Shown: piece after piece, positions 60,677 to 64,000 of the stretch
Numbering within the stretch: the stretch's first letter is position 1
Layout of the letters: the number at the start of each line of letters is the position of its first letter
Origin: Geopsychrobacteraceae bacterium
Lineage (GTDB): Bacteria; Desulfobacterota; Desulfuromonadia; Desulfuromonadales; Geopsychrobacteraceae
Reading direction: 5' to 3'
Assembly (NCBI GenBank): GCA_963662315.1
Contig: OY759353.1
Coordinates: 2,048,001 to 2,112,000 of the forward strand
DNA length: 64,000 nt
The notes under the pieces: generated by a model
The model's database searches: none
The model's input: only the letters and a program-made list of their open reading frames with translations
Told to the model about the DNA's origin: nothing
Position numbers and translations under genes: made by a program

Positions 60677-62452
60677 ATGAACTTCAATAACCTGCCAGTA
60701 TGGATACGTTTGGGGGGCAGTTTCAGCATTCTGCTGTTGCTGCTGTTAGTTGCCGGAGGAACCGGTTACTGGGCAACGAGTTCGCTTTCCGACCAGATCA
60801 TCTCGACTTTGCGGTCGGACGGTGCCATCTCCGATCACATTGCCGAGGCATCCAGCCATGCCCTCGGCTTGCGCCGTTACGAAAAGGACATCTTTCTCAA
60901 CATCGACAAGAGCGAGAAGGTCGCCAACTACTTTAAGGAATGGCAAGAAGAATACAGCAAGCTGACTGAGCAGATTACCGCACTGGCAAAAGTTGTCTAT
61001 TTGCCGGAAGAACAGGACGCGGCAAAAAAAATGGCCAGCGGTGCTCAAGAATATAAACAGGGTTTTGAGGGGATCTATCGGCAGATCCAAGCCGGTGCCA
61101 TCACCACTCCGCAGGACGGCAACAAGGCCATGGGGCCGCTGAAAGAATCGATTCGTAATCTAATAGACAGCGCCGCACTGATACACATCGCCAGCGTCGA
61201 ACGAATGCACAGTATTGAAAGTAATGTATCCGCAACTGCGACCCGTTCATCGACCGCCATCGGCATTGCCGTACTGGTTTCAATCTTCGTCATGCTGATC
61301 ATGGCCTTCTTCACCACCCGCAGTATCACCCATCCGCTGCGCATGGTCGGAGATATGCTGAATGATCTCGGCCAAGGAGACCTTGGTCGTCGGCTGCACA
61401 TGGCTCGCAGGGACGAACTCGGAGAAATGGCACGAACCCTCGATGCCTTTGCCAATAACCTGCAGGAGGAGGTTGTCACCGCTTTTAACAAGATCGCCGA
61501 CGGCGACCTGACCTTTGTTGCCACTGGTCTCATTAAGGAACCGCTGGCCAGGGCCAACGCCTCGCTGGCCGATGTCGTCTCGCAGATTCAGTCGGCCGGA
61601 CATCAGATCGACTCCGCCAGCAGCCATTTGGCTGACTCAAGCCAGACCCTCTCCCAGGGGGCGACCGAAACCGCCGCTTCGCTCGAAGAGATCAGCAGCT
61701 CGATGAACGAGATGGCCGCCCAGACCAAGACCAGCGCCGAAAACGCCAATACCGCAAACAAATTGGCAGACGAGGCGAGCAAAGCGGCCGGTGTCGGTGG
61801 CAGGCAGATGGATGCCATGGTTGCGGCTATGCAGGAGATCAATGTATCGGGACAGAACATTAGTAAAATCATCAAGACCATCGACGAGATTGCCTTCCAG
61901 ACCAACCTGCTTGCCCTAAACGCCGCCGTCGAGGCTGCGAGAGCCGGCCAGCACGGCAAAGGCTTCGCCGTGGTCGCCGAGGAGGTCCGCAACCTAGCTG
62001 CTCGCAGCGCCAAGGCCGCCAGAGAGACCGCCGAGCTGATCGAGGGCTCGGTGCAAAAGACCGAGAACGGCACTCAGATCGCCGAACAGACCGCCAAGGC
62101 CCTGCAGGAGATCGTCGGTTCCATCGCCAAGGTGACCGATCTGGTCGGCGAGATCGCCGCAGCCGCCAACGAACAGGCGCAGGGGATAGCCCAGGTCAAC
62201 CTGGGACTAGGACAGATCGACCAGGGAGTGCAGCAGAACACCGCCACCGCCGAAGAATCAGCAGCCGCAGCCGAAGAACTCTCTAGCCAGGCGGCTCACC
62301 TGCAGCACATGTTGAACCGCTTCATTCTGGCAGGAGGCAGTAATTACATTGCTCCGCCGCGGATAGCGTCGCCGGCCAAAAAACCGGTAGGCCCGGCCAC
62401 AATGCAGGCCAACCTCTCTTGGGGAGAGTCCCCTGGCCAAAACCAAGCCTGA
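60677..62452 (+). CDS. Methyl-accepting chemotaxis protein (tail frameshifted)
   Basis: Two TM helices, [24 protein letters not shown]...[13 protein letters not shown]. Confidence 0.95.
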   Translation: MNFNNLPVWIRLGGSFSILLLLLLVAGGTGYWATSSLSDQIISTLRSDGAISDHIAEASSHALGLRRYEKDIFLNIDKSEKVANYFKEWQEEYSKLTEQITALAKVVYLPEEQDAAKKMASGAQEYKQGFEGIYRQIQAGAITTPQDGNKAMGPLKESIRNLIDSAALIHIASVERMHSIESNVSATATRSSTAIGIAVLVSIFVMLIMAFFTTRSITHPLRMVGDMLNDLGQGDLGRRLHMARRDELGEMARTLDAFANNLQEEVVTAFNKIADGDLTFVATGLIKEPLARANASLADVVSQIQSAGHQIDSASSHLADSSQTLSQGATETAASLEEISSSMNEMAAQTKTSAENANTANKLADEASKAAGVGGRQMDAMVAAMQEINVSGQNISKIIKTIDEIAFQTNLLALNAAVEAARAGQHGKGFAVVAEEVRNLAARSAKAARETAELIEGSVQKTENGTQIAEQTAKALQEIVGSIAKVTDLVGEIAAAANEQAQGIAQVNLGLGQIDQGVQQNTATAEESAAAAEELSSQAAHLQHMLNRFILAGGSNYIAPPRIASPAKKPVGPATMQANLSWGESPGQNQA

Positions 62453-62668
62453 CATCGCTCTGGATGACGATGAGTTTGGCAAATACTAAGCGCTGGACGC
62501 ATCCGATCCGGAATTGGAATCTGACGTTGGCTCAGCTGACGATCCATTTCCCCGGACGGCTGGAAAAACACCTCAGCTTATGAAGCTGACACAGATTTTT
62601 GAACACCCTCCCACCCTACCTCCAGCGTCGGAGACGCTGGTTACAATCCTCAATTGACACGACTCAAA

Positions 62669-63015
62669 CTACAACCATCCTTTAGAAATTAAATATTTAT
62701 CAGGAATACGCAATTCTAATTCTCTACGTATTTCCTTAATAAAATTATTCATATCTGTCCCAGAATAACATGCTTATCATTAGAAAGACTAACAAATTTC
62801 CCAGAGCCAACATCTACAGAAAAACCAATAATATCCAATTCATAGTTAAAAAGTACAAATAAGTAATCGTACGAAATGAATTTTATTTTGAATGCCCAAT
62901 GACCAGGCTCTTCCACAACATCAAACACCTCGATACTTTTTGATCTTTCCCCGAAAATATTTTTAATAGATTTAGCTATTTCAACTCTAATTTTTTTAAA
63001 TTCATCTAGTTGCAT
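62669..63015 (-). pseudogene. Probable immunity gene with a 1-nt frameshift near 62770
   Basis: 88-aa ORF continues in another frame as CYSGTDMNNFIKEIRRELELRIPDKYLISKGWL*; start overlaps the toxin stop. Confidence 0.65.
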
Positions 63016-64000
63016 ACCAATAGTCTCCTTTTTTTTCTAAAAAAGCATAATTGTGTTCATTTTGTAAGTAGTCCCACTCCCATTTCAAAGCGCACTCACC
63101 ATATTCTTCTGGATGATGAGAAAATCTTATCACTTTATTTGAGCTTACTGCATCATCCAACGCAGGAATGTTAAACAAATCAAACATATTGCGCCCTGCT
63201 TGATCTAATCCATAGGAGGATGTTATGTCATCCCATTTGGTCCCTAAGCTAAAGTAGCTTGTATCTTTTGCTTTTACTGTATACGAACCGTTCCCAGGGA
63301 TGCTCCAATTCTTACTACCATCTGCAGCAATGCTCGGTTCATATTTACCTAAGGTCATCGTATCGGATAGAGGATTAATAATACTTTCTGACCTCAGTTG
63401 ACTATATTCTTTTAGTGGTATAACACCATTAACTTTCCCATTTTTCAAAACAATACCTGAGGGCTCAACACTTGCTGGCGTCTCAACAACATCCACTGTT
63501 GAGCCTATAGCCACCTGCCTCTTCGCCAGCGTCCTCCGGCTACTGCCACGAACACTATTCTCTACCCCTTCATCCAGCATCTTACCAATTTTAAGCCCCA
63601 ACTCATCACCAACTTTGGCGAACTGGGTGTTGATCTGGCCTTTGACGGTTTGCAGGCTGTTCAGGGTATCCTGGATTTTGGTGTGGATATTCTGAAACTT
63701 CTGTGGCACATGGGATTTCAGGTCGGTGAGCAGGGCGGCGACTTTGTCCATGATCGTGTGCCCGTATTGTGCGGCTTCGTCGATGTAGTCCTTCAGCTTG
63801 CCGGCTTTCAGCTCTTTAAGCCAGCTGACGCCGTTCCCCTTCATGAAGTAGTTAAACAGGGCGAGAACTTCGTCTAGCTTGGCTCCCTTCCAGATGAGTT
63901 TGAACACGCCTTTGAGCAGGGAACCGAAGGTGGGGATCAGACCAACCAGAGTAACGACCAGAGCAAACCAGATCGCAGCCTCTTTGTAACGTTTATCCCA
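63002..64000 (-). CDS. Polymorphic-toxin-like protein, 5' end outside window
   Basis: Frame is open to the window edge (WFALVVTLVGLIPTFGSLLKGV); GC-rich body, AT-rich C-terminal tip (LGKY..SYF..FN..IRFSH..EW.YL). Confidence 0.7.
   Translation of the reverse strand, partial: WDKRYKEAAIWFALVVTLVGLIPTFGSLLKGVFKLIWKGAKLDEVLALFNYFMKGNGVSWLKELKAGKLKDYIDEAAQYGHTIMDKVAALLTDLKSHVPQKFQNIHTKIQDTLNSLQTVKGQINTQFAKVGDELGLKIGKMLDEGVENSVRGSSRRTLAKRQVAIGSTVDVVETPASVEPSGIVLKNGKVNGVIPLKEYSQLRSESIINPLSDTMTLGKYEPSIAADGSKNWSIPGNGSYTVKAKDTSYFSLGTKWDDITSSYGLDQAGRNMFDLFNIPALDDAVSSNKVIRFSHHPEEYGECALKWEWDYLQNEHNYAFLEKKGDYWYATR

Noticed and set aside
1..64000. CRISPR array, tRNA, rRNA
   Set aside because: No regularly spaced repeats or recognisable structural RNA genes seen by eye

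Overview
64 kb of bacterial chromosome. Gene content (NtrC/sigma54 regulators, an MCP with an IALDDDEFGKY-type tail, TAXI-TRAP) suggests a Desulfuromonadales-like deltaproteobacterium; this is inference. From 2.6 to 52 kb it is mostly housekeeping or metabolic: sigma54-controlled aspA-gltP with a two-component system, ada/alkA-ogt, a large FG-GAP lipoprotein, purT, cheV, a Sel1 protein, a flgD-E-N-K-L hook block, BaeSR-like genes, split proline utilisation with a Liv-type ABC transporter, MFS/LysR and TRAP. Four loci stand out. (1) A GntR-linked operon of unknown function encodes a Cys-rich fucose-isomerase-like protein, an ACP-like single-Cys protein, SufS and SufE. (2) At 52.4-60.3 kb an integron-type cassette array has no IntI in the window. 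Its cassettes are REase-like, ParA-like, lipoprotein and pYEATS; a tyrosine-recombinase/IS91 element with cassette-like GTT junctions heads it, and one attC is split by an IS110 element and a MITE. (3) An intergenic DnaA-box cluster lies at 22.0-22.3 kb. (4) At the right edge a polymorphic toxin is followed by a frameshifted putative immunity gene. No rRNA, tRNA or CRISPR array was seen.
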